A stretch of DNA of 64,000 nt, taken from contig NC_087454.1 of assembly GCF_036321535.1 (NCBI RefSeq), forward strand, positions 17,484,001 through 17,548,000, in the 5' to 3' direction. Below the pieces are notes generated by a model. That model ran no database searches, was not told the DNA's origin, and saw nothing but the letters and a program-made list of their open reading frames with translations. Made by a program: the position numbers and the translations under genes. This DNA comes from Camelus dromedarius (Eukaryota). This document shows positions 36,091 to 48,461 of this stretch, piece after piece. Position 1 is the stretch's first letter. Each line of letters starts with the position of its first letter.

Positions 36091-37876
36091 TGAAATAATT
36101 TGTCAGATCACCAATAGGAATTTAATGCACCCACATAAGGTTAGGAATTATAGATTAATGTATTCAATATTCTTTAAAGTAACTACATCAATTTAAATTT
36201 AAATGTGTAAATATAAAAACCACTATAGATGCAAGTAAAGTCTCTAAATATAGCAGGCTCACATAATTTTTAAATTGCTTTTATTTTAATAGTAGCCATT
36301 TACATATTCCTTTTTGTGAGTGTCCAGGGTGTCTGTAATAGCAGAAAGTCAACTTTCTTGGAGCAGCAGTTTCTTCACTCAGTATAGTATCATTTTTACT
36401 TCTGATTATAATACCACTTCAAAAAGCTTGTCTTTATAAGTGGAGAAATAGAAACATTTACCTCATACTGTCCATAAACAACTTCATGAGTTGTAAATTC
36501 TCATAAAATGATTGCTTTTATTATAACTATAGTATTTATTTTCACAAAAGTGTCAATGGAGTTGGTTTTAATAATTTTCTGATTTTATAAGGCACAGAGG
36601 GTGTGAAAACCAAAGATTATTTACCTGGCAGAACACAAATTCCAACCAATGTCTTCTGATCCAATACACTTTCAAAGATGTACAGATAGAATTCAAAAGC
36701 CATTTCACATACAGATGTCTCAACTTTAGGAAGTACTTTTAAATGAATTATCTCCTCTCTCCGCACTAGGCTGTCTCTTTTCTTGGGGCACTTCTTATTC
36801 ATCTTTTATAAAGTGTTCTGAGTCAATCAAAAAGGAAGCTTTGGTTAGCTTAGATGAAGCCGCATATCCCAGACACTTGTAGGCTGCATTCAACTGCAAC
36901 TCACTTCTCCTGTCTCCTGGAGTAAATGCTTTACCTACTTGGGAGAAGGGACGGTGATAAACCCTTCCAAGATTTAATTCCTTAAGAGTTAAGAAAATGC
37001 AATATGATTATTAAAGTGCCTGATGCTGAAAGTGAAATAAGCAAAAGGTTTAAATCACGGGAGGCTTGGCATCATGTATTAGCCAATGTTCGGCTAGGAA
37101 AGCAGAAAAAGATGTTAATTTTACAAAGTTAATTTAACAAAAGAAACAAGTTTTGGAATAAAGAGCAAAACCCGAGCTGATCTGTTTCAGAAACTGAAGG
37201 AAACAAGAACCACGTGTAAGGCTCCAGGCATACACACAAAAAAAGGCAGTTACAAGAATCTTAGTAGGGGAGAACTGGTAGGGGTTAAGCATTTGAATTC
37301 TGTGGCGCAGGGTGATAATTCTAGGAGTGTAAAATGCAATCTGGATAGAGGGCCCAGGCAAACAAGGAACTGACACCAATTACTGCTACTGGCGTGCAAG
37401 CCATTGTTAGAATTACAGAAGTTTTCTCTTAACTATCCTTCCATTCTCTAGATTTCCTAACTGAAAATAAATTGCGGTATACATAAACTTTGCCTTCTTT
37501 AGCATAGAAAATAGGAAGATCCCGGAAAGACTTGGAGAAAAACAAAAGCCTCCTTTACTGAGCAGAGGTTCTATAGATACTCAAAGAAACACTATATAGC
37601 ACATCCAACTTTAGATGAGATTGACAAATTGGGAAATTCTGCAGGTAAGGACAACCAGGTAATAAGGCTGTATTGCCAACTACTAACTTGAGAAAGTGAG
37701 AAAATGAAAATATAAAACTTAGAAAAATTCAGCACTAAGCTGACTTGTTAGGACCACTTATCTTGTTTACTAAAATTCCTATTTCAGTAGAGCGAATGAC
37801 TAAGAACAGAGCCTCATTCTACCCTACATATTACAGCAGTACTCAGGATTAGAGCTCTTTATGTGAATGCGTGAGT

Positions 37877-37892
37877 GGCTCTGAAAAGAGCC
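37877..37892 (-). terminator. H2B stem-loop
   Basis: Minus-strand GGCTCTTTTCAGAGCC; HDE AAAGAGCTCT at 37860-37851. Confidence 0.95.
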
Positions 37893-37920
37893 TTTGGTTT
37901 GACANNNNNNNNNNNNNNNN

Positions 37921-38355
<435 letters not shown>

Positions 38356-38377
38356 TTACACAAAGAAATTGTGGTCT

Positions 38378-38530
38378 TTTATAGCCGGCCTATGCAAATA
38401 AGGTATTGAAAAATATCCAGCTCTGATTTGATAATATAAGTGACGAGATTATGCAAATTTACTTGCGTCAGTCTCCTTTCCTATTGGTTCATAGTCAAAG
38501 ATGATTTTTAACCAATCCAATCTCGCATTT
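38378..38530. promoter_or_regulatory. Intact divergent H2B/H2A promoter
   Basis: TTTATA 38378; ATGCAAAT 38392-38399 and 38451-38458; CCAAT boxes. Confidence 0.85.
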
Positions 38531-38630
38531 GAGTATTCCATTCAGCACTATAACTGTCATCTTGTTGCTCCTCTTAGTACATTTCTTTTGTGCCATTCTT
38601 GTGGTTATTTTGTCACTGTTGAGATTCAGT

Positions 38631-39023
38631 ATGTCTGGACGNNNNNNNNNNNNNNNNNNNNNNNNNNNNNNNNNNNNNNNNNNNNNNNNNNNNNNNNNNN
38701 NNNNNNNNNNNNNNNNNNNNNNNNNNNNNNNNNNNNNNNNNNNNNNNNNNNNNNNNNNNNNNNNNNNNNNNNNNNNNNNNNNNNNNNNNNNNNNNNNNNN
38801 NNNNNNNNNNNNNNNNNNNNNNNNNNNNNNNNNNNNNNNNNNNNNNNNNNNNNNNNNNNNNNNNNNNNNNNNNNNNNNNNNNNNNNNNNNNNNNNNNNNN
38901 NNNNNNNNNNNNNNNNNNNNNNNNNNNNNNNNNNCTATCGCTCAGGGCGGCGTCCTGCCCAATATTCAGGCGGTGCTGCTGCCCAAGAAGACTGAGAGCC
39001 ACCACAAGGCCAAGGGCAAGTGA
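38631..39023 (+). CDS. Histone H2A type 1 (core N-masked)
   Basis: ATGTCTGGACG at 38631; ...IAQGGVLPNIQAVLLPKKTESHHKAKGK*; 393 nt. Confidence 0.9.
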   Translation: MSGXXXXXXXXXXXXXXXXXXXXXXXXXXXXXXXXXXXXXXXXXXXXXXXXXXXXXXXXXXXXXXXXXXXXXXXXXXXXXXXXXXXXXXXXXXXXXXXXXXXIAQGGVLPNIQAVLLPKKTESHHKAKGK

Positions 39024-39058
39024 AACATAGTTCTTAACTTCTGCTTCCGGAACTCAAA

Positions 39059-39074
39059 GGCTCTTTTCAGAGCC
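39059..39074 (+). terminator. H2A stem-loop
   Basis: GGCTCTTTTCAGAGCC followed by ACCCA. Confidence 0.95.
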
Positions 39075-39660
39075 ACCCACTTTTTCTGGAAAGCGCTGAA
39101 ACACTTCATAAGTCCAGGAGACATGTCTCAATGCTTAATGTGTGCTTGTCTTTTCATTTTGTTCATGCTAGTCTGATAATGTTTTGAGTTTGAAAATGGA
39201 GATCCGCTCCCATGTTTACCACAGATAGGGTCAGTTTAGTTGTTGGTCACTATGCACCGTAATATCTTAAGAATTTATGAAGTTAAATGTCATTCCCTTT
39301 TAGTGAATGATGAAATAGGTTTGAGCAGAAAGGATCGTTGATAAACGAATTCTGTGTCAGGGCATAAATTAGGACTTGTGGGCTCTAGGTGACATGTAAA
39401 TGACAAGACCATGATGCCTCTTAAGGTTGGAATATATGTGCAGTATATATGTGTATATACAAATAAACTTGCTCTCAAAAAGTAAAATATGAATAAATGA
39501 GAGAACAAAGGAATAGCTGACCAATGACATGTTAGGGCGGGCTTTTTAAATTTGGAGGATGCGACCATTAATTGTGAGACATTTTATCCATTGGTTATTT
39601 CTCTTCAGAAAAAATGTAATAAATGAAGTACACTAAAATCAATACTACATGAAACCTTGC

Positions 39661-40266
39661 TGTTACGGGCTCAAAGTGGACTATGAATAAAATTTCGACT
39701 TGTATTCAAATGCTAGTGGAAATCCAATTGTACTTCTCCAGAAGGAAACCTGAGAACAAATCACAGCGGGGACACTAGGAACCAGACTGACCTGCTCTTA
39801 TAAATAAGGTCAGAAACAGCACCAGCACGGTATGCTCTCCAGCCAGTTTCCTTTTCTGTTATAATGGCTTGCAGTAAGTGAGGTGGGAAGCCCCTTTAAA
39901 AGACCAGCAGGACCCACAGGCAGGGCCACTACTTTACTCCAGCGCCATCTGGTTCCCCAGCCCGGCGGCATTATCTGACTTCTGTGCTTCTGTAAACCGC
40001 TTGCTTCTAGGAAAGTCATACTTAGCCCTAAAATTCTATATGTTCCCAAAGCTCACTCCTCATTGGTCCATTTATAACACCTCATTTGCATATGGCGCGA
40101 ATCTTCTCGAAAACTAAAATTTTCTTAAACCTTATAAACGGGGTCCAGAGGTTGGAGTGTTAACTCCTATGGGTCTGCCGGCGTAATAAACCTGAGTTTT
40201 CTAACCATCCGAGTGCCGCTTGGTCTCTCGCCGGGATCCAGGTTTCTGTAATACTTTACTGTAACA
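39661..40266 (+). mobile_element. Solo ERV LTR (606 bp), no TSD
   Basis: TGTTAC...GTAACA inverted termini; TATAAA 40133; AATAAA 40185; the flanks (CCTTGC and TAAGCC) do not match. Confidence 0.8.
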
Positions 40267-40604
<338 letters not shown>

Positions 40605-41979
40605 CCTAACGCTATTGCTTACACCGAACTGGAAAAGGGTCTTTTCAGAGCCACCTACTTTGTCAATGAGAACAGTTGTAATATATTCCTTTATGTTCTC
40701 TCTCTTGAATGAATGTAAGTTGGGGGGGGGGGCGGTACTTAAACACCGGTAGTGGAAATACATACTAGATTGTCTAACATAGAATCTTGTTTGGAATCAT
40801 AATTGTGGTGTGTAATGGCATATAATATTTTGCTATTTAATTTGTGGAAATCGCTTCACTTCTCACTTCCAATGTTGTCTTTAAAACTACAGTTTTATTT
40901 TATGAGAATGGCATGAAGGTGTGTTTGCTATGGTTTATAGGTGTCGTCTCATTAGCCCATGCCTAATGAAGTATCTGCTTTTCTGTCTGCAATCTCCACT
41001 TTTCTGTACTTTGCTTACCAGTGATAATTTACTATGACATTGAGTAAAAACTGTTCAATTTCCCAGGTCTACAGAAAGTGAAATGATCCCACAACTCTCC
41101 TAACTAAACCCTCTATTTCCTATCAACTCACAGTCATATGACATCTCATTTACATTTTTTTTCAAAAAGATAAAGCCATGATTCAGCAAATACAAAATGA
41201 ACGTGTGTAAGAGCTTAAGTTTTCAATAAGTGAACCAATAGATAAAATGCTGTGATAGGTTCAAAGAACATTTAAGAAATTAGGGTATTTATAGAAAATT
41301 TAACAAGAGAAATGTTAGGATAAGATTTAACTTAGGTTAAAATAAATTTATTGTCCAAGAATTCATAAATCTTTGGAGTTATATGTTCCACTGGACAGAT
41401 ATTATTTGCATTCCTACCAAATAAGACTCTGCAGGTTAAGTAAATTCACTAAGTTTGGTATCTATAATCAATAGTGAGTAGTTATATGATCAAAGTACAT
41501 TTTCGTAGAAAACTTGTGTGGTGTATAACTTTGTATATTGGACATCACAGGCCCTCTTTTTCTTCCATGTCTCACATAATTTTTATCACACTGTGGACAT
41601 ACGTGATTCTTTGTTGAAGATGCTAGTTAAGCTGGAAGGAATACATGTATATATATATATATATATGAAATTTCAAAATAAATTTCTATGAAACTTCATG
41701 TTGTAACTCCTTGATATTCTTATTTTATTTCTGAAACAAATAATAGACACTTTAACGTTTTTTTTTACTCTTTCTAGACTTCAAAGTAGTTGACCTGATG
41801 TTTTTAATCTCGTCTCTCCATCTTGACCTACTTTACAGGAATAGTAAATTATTTACTGACCTTCCTTCTATTGCAGAAAACGCTTTTTACTTCGACTAAA
41901 TGACTTCTTTTTTTTTTATAACCACTGAATACATATTATAACTTACCGAAGCTTAAGCCCTCATGGACACTCAATGCTT

Positions 41980-42300
41980 TATTTATTTATTTATTTTAAC
42001 TTTTTTTTATTGCATTATAGTCATTTTACAATGTTTTGTCAAGTTCCAATGTAAAGCACAATTTTTCAGTTATACATGAACACACGTGTATTCACTCAGT
42101 TTTTTTTTCGCTCTGAGCTACCACAAGATCTTGTATACATTCCCTAAGCTATATAGTATAATCTTCTTTATCTATTCTACATATGCCTGTCAGTATCTAC
42201 AAATTTTGAAATCCCATTCTCTCCCTTCCCAGCCCCCGCCCCCTTGGCAACCACAAGTTTGTATTGTATGAGTCTATTTCTGTTTTGTATATATGTTCTT
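41980..42300 (-). mobile_element. L1 3' end
   Basis: TTTTTATTGCATTATAGTCATTTTACAATG...TTTTTCAGTTATACATGAAC...CCCCTTGGCAACCACAAGTTTG. Confidence 0.8.
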
Positions 42301-42664
42301 CACTGCTTTAATAATCAGTTTTGAATGTTGTTTCTCAAGAAACACACTTTTGGAAAAAAAAATTAGAGATTTTTCAGGTAGTCTCCTGATATTCTGCCTT
42401 TTAATAATTCTAAGGTCAACAACTTTTCTAGTATTCATCTTTTCTTGCTCTGATAAGTAATGGTTTATTTGACAAGCCTCTCTTAGTACCCTAACTTGGT
42501 TTGTATGTATGTATGTATGTATTTGTTTGTTTGTTTTTACAGTGCTTTATACTCTAGTTGGGACCAGTCTCTGTAATTGGGTTTCTTAGAAATACATTGA
42601 ATGTCCCCAGTATTCCAAAGTCCATGATAGCAAGATTAGACAGAGATCAAGAAAGGAAGGATCT

Positions 42665-43140
42665 AGAGCAGTGCTGTCCAAAGAAAATAATGCAAGCCAC
42701 ATATTTAATGAAAAATTTTTCAGCAGTCACCATTTAAAAAGTAAAAACATGCCATTGCTTAAATGATATATTGCATTTAACCCAAAACATCCAAGATAAT
42801 TTCATTTCAACATGTAATCCATATAAGGACATTATTATCACAATATTTTACATTCTTTTATCAATCTAAATCTTACAAGTTGGGTGTATATTTTATTCAA
42901 TATGATACTAATTTTTATTGGAGATGACTTGATTGGCACTTAAATTCCATACAATTTACTGCTGAAAACTAAGTTCACATCCTCGGGTTGTTCAAACATA
43001 CCTAAAATCTCCCAATAACTGAATGAAGTATCAGCTTTTAAATTTAAATTAATTAAAATTTAAAATTCAGTTCCTCAGCAGCATCAGCCACATTCCAAAT
43101 GCTCAAAATGTATTACTGACTCCTTCATCAGACAATGCAA
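42665..43140. mobile_element. hAT-Charlie-type DNA transposon fossil
   Basis: CAGTGCTGTCCAA...GCAAGCCACAT...TAAAATTCAGTTCCTCAG...GCCACATTCCAAATGCTCAA (MER3/MER33-like). Confidence 0.55.
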
Positions 43141-43574
43141 TCTCAGGGGGAATTGTGTTTGGGGTGTGGAGATGGTGATGCGTGACTGCTGGAAAAATCG
43201 GAGAGGTTATATAAATTTAAATGTAATCAACTAAATTTAGCACTGTCTTCTTAATAAAAATTTTACACACATAGAGATCACTAACTTTTTCACCTTCATT
43301 TAAAGTGTTTCTGGGGAGGAGAGAAGCCAGAGTTTGCCATATATCAGATAATGCGTTTAAAATACGAGGCAATTTACAGTTTCGGTCAATGACTTGCCAA
43401 TGACGTGTAAATATCCTAAAAACTCAAACTTGAAAAACAGTTGTTGGCTTGATAGGGATAATTATTTCAGTTCCTTGATAAACAAAGAAATGTTTCAATG
43501 TTCTTCAGCAGGGAATTTTGTAGTGAATAGTGAATTCAGGGAATGAGCAGGCTAAGCAGTCTTTTTCTTCTCAG

Positions 43575-44086
<512 letters not shown>

Positions 44087-44125
44087 GTCTGATCTCGCAG
44101 ACCCTGTGTTTGTAGAAATAGTCAA

Positions 44126-44141
44126 GGCCCTTTTTAGGGCC
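44126..44141 (+). terminator. H4 stem-loop
   Basis: GGCCCTTTTTAGGGCC followed by ACCTA. Confidence 0.95.
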
Positions 44142-44200
44142 ACCTATCCATTCACTTGAGAGAACTTGTGGCACTAGGTTGATGTTTTCAACCTTTTTCT

Positions 44201-44231
<31 letters not shown>

Positions 44232-45077
44232 TGGAACTGGAGTTAACATCGGGTTTTCTGGGCAATCTGAGTGTTCAACTTTATTCCAGTGTTACAGGCT
44301 TCCTGCTCCTCAGTGGTTTTTCTAACAAGTTTCTAGTTTCTGACTGCATTATCGGTAGGATCTACTTTCGGTTCCTAGGATTCCTTTGCTTCGTAAAATT
44401 GAAGCAACCTGATGAACTTTCCTCTTAAAACTCGGTACAGATTTAAATCCAGGAGTTACTGTTCATCTATAAACGAAACTTGAATGTGTATGGGAAACGT
44501 AGGTAGTGCTTTGTTAGCCTGCTCAAGTCTCAAAAATTTCTCAAATATTCTGCTAGGGAAACTCAAAGGAAAAGGTACAATGAAAACAAACTGAACAGTA
44601 GATAGGGGAAATACATGTAAGCCTTGGTGGCACGTGGAACAGGTATTCTCTCCGGTAAAGCACTTGTATTTTAATTATCTAAATCAATTGTCCAATATTT
44701 TCTCATCCACAAAAAAAAAAAAAAATAACTGGGATTTTTCTGTTGTCACATCCATTCCTGATAGTTTCTAATAAAGCAACAACTGCAATTCATCTCACAA
44801 GCACTCTGGCTTCTTTTCTCAGTTATACCAGAACCCAAGGAACACAGACACCTGTGCTGGAAATCAGCCACCCCAAAGGTTTTCTCATCTGTCAGCATTT
44901 GCAAAGGAAAAAAGGAGAAACTCCCCAAAACGATAGTAACCAACTCTGTGTCTTGACTTTAAGAGAAAGTTACTGGAAGCGGCCTATTTAAAAGGCCTTC
45001 AAGGTATTGAGGGCCCTTTCCTTACCTTTTATCAGGGATTACTGCCCTCAGGCCATTTGGGATAATCCCAGTACTCC

Positions 45078-45160
45078 GGGGGCGGGGGCGGAGTAGGGTG
45101 GGGTAGGGTGGTGTGGAGTTGGGTAGAGTGGGGTGGGGGTGAGGTGGGGGCAGGGGGAGG
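45078..45160 (+). repeat. G-rich low-complexity tract
   Basis: More than 8 runs of GGG or longer in ~80 nt. Confidence 0.8.
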
Positions 45161-46336
45161 AAGAAGCAATCCTGAGTTAACTTTTGATCCTGCTGAGTTC
45201 TGTGACTGTCTCTTAAAGTGGCCTCCTCTTGAGGTTCACCCTTGTGTGATCCAGCCCGAGTGTGGATGTGACCTATGACTTGCTTCTAACCATAAAACCA
45301 GGTGACCATAAGTGACAGGATGTAATAATTTTATGTGTATGACTGAGTTATGTAGAACTGTAAAATCTGTCTTCTTTGAATCTTGCATGATGATTTTGAT
45401 GGACCAAGTATCCCTGTTGGCAGGCACAGATGACAAGAAACTCAGAGGGCTCTTTAGGAATTGAGGGAGGCCACCTACTAACAGCCTATAAGGGCTTCCA
45501 GTGGACAGCCAACAAGAAAATAAGACACTAAGTCCTACAACCACAAAGAATGTGTTTGGATCAGATATTTCTCCATTGAAGAGGCTTCAGTCCTGGATAA
45601 CACCTCAATACCATCCTTACAAAGCACCCAGATAAACTATGCCCAGATACACAGAATCTGTGAGATAATGTGTGTTGCCTGAAGTGAGACTGCCAACACA
45701 TTTGGCATCTTAATCAATCCATGTCATCTAAAATAACAGGTAAGTTTCAGAGCCATGTGAACTTCCAATCATACACCCAATTCTGAACTTGCACATATAC
45801 TGATAATGCCTTGCTGGCCTCCCAAATGGGAAGTCTATAAGCCATGACAAGTCCTAAAAGCAATTTATCGAAGTCATTTTGCTTTCAGCAGTACAAAATA
45901 TTGTATTAAAGTATCAAAATATTGACACAGGAAAACTATCCATTTCCATCCATATCTATACTCCCTACACTTCTACATCTTCTTGTATTCCTGTTTTGTT
46001 TTCTTTTTTCTGAGGCACACCAAATGAAGGCAGCGAATACAGAAAAGAAATACAAAAGAAAAATGAGTCAAAATTAAGGCTTCAGACCCTGCTTCAGCAT
46101 GATGTAGAATTGATTATATCACTAATAACCTCAAGGCAAAGTGAATTTTTTTTTCTTTTTAATGTAAATTTGAAAACTCATCTTTGAACCAGTCTAGCCT
46201 ATTAATAGTTGAGATTAAATTCTGGGGTTCCACTAAATACTCCAGACCTACTCCAATAAATACTCTGTAACCGACATTCTGAGCCTTTGTGTCTTTTGTA
46301 AAATAAAAAAAGGACAATTTCTCATGAGTTAATATT

Positions 46337-46384
46337 TGTGAAGCCCTTTGACGGGTAGGGGCAGACTTAACCAGTCTCTGGCAT
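46337..46384 (-). pseudogene. H2B 5' relic (first ~16 codons), head-to-head with H3
   Basis: Minus-strand ATGCCAGAGACTGGTTAAGTCTGCCCCTACCCGTCAAAGGGCTTC resembles the H2B start. A pyrimidine-rich leader, TATA (46453-46460) and CCAAT boxes (46501, 46565) lie upstream. Confidence 0.55.
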
Positions 46385-47394
46385 AGTAAACAATGAGAAA
46401 CCCAGAAAAACCGGGAAACTAAATGAAAGAAAACAAAGGTAAAAATCTCGAATATTTATAGCAGGTATAGCTATATGAAGATTCACAATGCTAAACTTTG
46501 ATTGGGCCAAAACTGACCAGTAGATAACGAATATGTATATTAGGTTTCTAACTCTGCTTTTCTAATTGGATAAAAAAAAAGGGGGGGGATTTCAACAGGT
46601 TGATTTACAACATTGTCACGTTACTATAAATTCATTCCTCCCCCCGCCCCCCCCCAAAGTTGGTAAAAAAAAAAATATATATATATATTTCTTTAAGTAA
46701 GTGGAAATTTTCGCGTTTGGATAGGAAAACCAAGGAACGAAATCCAGTTATCAACCAGAGTCCAGTCCTTAGAGTATTTCTGTCCGCTTTGTTCTGCTTT
46801 GTTTAAGACACCTTGGGTCTCGGCAAGATGGAGAGAGGTGCTGGCTTGCTTGTAAACACTCTCGATCGCCGCCATCTTTTTCAGGGTTCCTCATTTCAAA
46901 GCTTTCGATTATGGCTCTTGCCAGGCTGTAATTTTAAATGCATCAAAACCAAACAACAACCAAATTACCAGTTTGAGTCAAACCTGACATTAAAGAGCCA
47001 GGGATACCAGGATATTGGAATCTTGTTGCATGTATTCTGAATGAAATGCACAATTTTTTACATTTTAACAGTATATGCTAAAAGACACTGAACTGGATAT
47101 TTAATGTAGTGAAATAGGATTCATGAGATGCTTAGACGATGGATTTTTAAATAGGGGATGAGCACAAAGACTAAAATCCGGATGAAAACGCGTTAACTAA
47201 GCAGAAAATAGCGAATGTTTAAAGTGTAAAGAGATTTCTCTGACAAACAATACTTTGTATATCCAAACAGGGGAAGTTCAAGGATGTTAAATGATTAATG
47301 TGTTTGTGGGCTATACTTGCGTGAACCATTATCAATAAAACAACTCGAAAAATTTTTTTTTTTTTTTTAAGGGGCTGGGATGCTACTTGGAAGT

Positions 47395-47526
47395 AACCAA
47401 TCCCAACCCTGTGCCGAAGGGTTAAACCAATCCTAAATCTCTCGGAAGACTTCCGGAATTTCGCAGCCCATGACTAACAGAAATTGCCCACAATCCAATC
47501 AGAGTGAATCTGTTCTTGTATAAATA
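47395..47526 (+). promoter_or_regulatory. H3 promoter (three CCAAT, TATA)
   Basis: CCAAT at ~47397, ~47427 and ~47495; TATAAATA ~47519-47526. Confidence 0.85.
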
Positions 47527-47572
47527 CAGGAGCAAGGGTTTTGGTGTAGTTCACTTATTTTGTAGAGAAGGT

Positions 47573-47983
47573 ATGGCTCGCACCAAGNNNNNNNNNNNNN
47601 NNNNNNNNNNNNNNNNNNNNNNNNNNNNNNNNNNNNNNNNNNNNNNNNNNNNNNNNNNNNNNNNNNNNNNNNNNNNNNNNNNNNNNNNNNNNNNNNNNNN
47701 NNNNNNNNNNNNNNNNNNNNNNNNNNNNNNNNNNNNNNNNNNNNNNNNNNNNNNNNNNNNNNNNNNNNNNNNNNNNNNNNNNNNNNNNNNNNNNNNNNNN
47801 NNNNNNNNNNNNNNNNNNNNNNNNNNNNNNNNNNNNNNNNNNNNNNNNNNNNNNNNNNNNNNNNNNNNNNNNNNNNNNNNNNNNNNNNNNNNNNNNNNNN
47901 NNNNNNNNNNNNNNNNNNNNNNNNNNNNNNNNNNNNNNNNNNNNNNNNNNNNNNNNNNNNNNNNCCGCGGGGAGAGGGCATAA
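47573..47983 (+). CDS. Histone H3 (core N-masked)
   Basis: MARTK...RGERA*; exact 411 nt. Confidence 0.9.
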   Translation: MARTKXXXXXXXXXXXXXXXXXXXXXXXXXXXXXXXXXXXXXXXXXXXXXXXXXXXXXXXXXXXXXXXXXXXXXXXXXXXXXXXXXXXXXXXXXXXXXXXXXXXXXXXXXXXXXXXXXXXXXXXXXXXXXXRGERA

Positions 47984-48014
47984 ATTGTTACCGAGTGTCA
48001 GCGTTCTATCCAAA

Positions 48015-48030
48015 GGCTCTTTTCAGAGCC
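48015..48030 (+). terminator. H3 stem-loop
   Basis: GGCTCTTTTCAGAGCC followed by ACCTA; GAGGAGCTGT HDE ~48048. Confidence 0.95.
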
Positions 48031-48054
48031 ACCTATAGTTTCATCTTGAGGAGC

Positions 48055-48461
48055 TGTACTGCAAGGAAATTGAATTCCCTCAAGACAGTGGTGGAGCAGG
48101 GCAGGACTCCCTCTTTTCCAAAGAATCCATGTACCAACAGCAGGTAAGAATGATCATCCTTCCACCCTCAGTCCTCCNNNNNNNNNNNNNNNNNNNNNNN
48201 NNNNNNNNNNNNNNNNNNNNNNNNNNNNNNNNNNNNNNNNNNNNNNNNNNNNNNNNNNNNNNNNNNNNNNNNNNNNNNNNNNNNNNNNNNNNNNNNNNNN
48301 NNNNNNNNNNNNTGTTTGGTCTAAGAATGATCATAAAAAAGCCTGCTTTGGTTACTTTTGGGGTCTCATTTCTGAGACTTCCGTGCATACAAATAAAATT
48401 GGCTTTTTTCCCTGTTAGTCTTGTGTCAATTGAATTAGACTAGGCAAAATCAAATCCTACA
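48055..48461 (+). mobile_element. ERV1-type LTR, partly N-masked (48178-48312)
   Basis: ATAAAAAAGCC...GGGGTCTCA...GAGAC...AATAAAATTGG...CCTGTTAGTCT...CCTACA R/U5 layout; 5' boundary uncertain. Confidence 0.55.

Noticed and set aside
36845-36900. Possible H4 3' relic (TTAG...GAAGCCGCATA) near the proposed breakpoint
   Set aside because: Match too short and does not extend.
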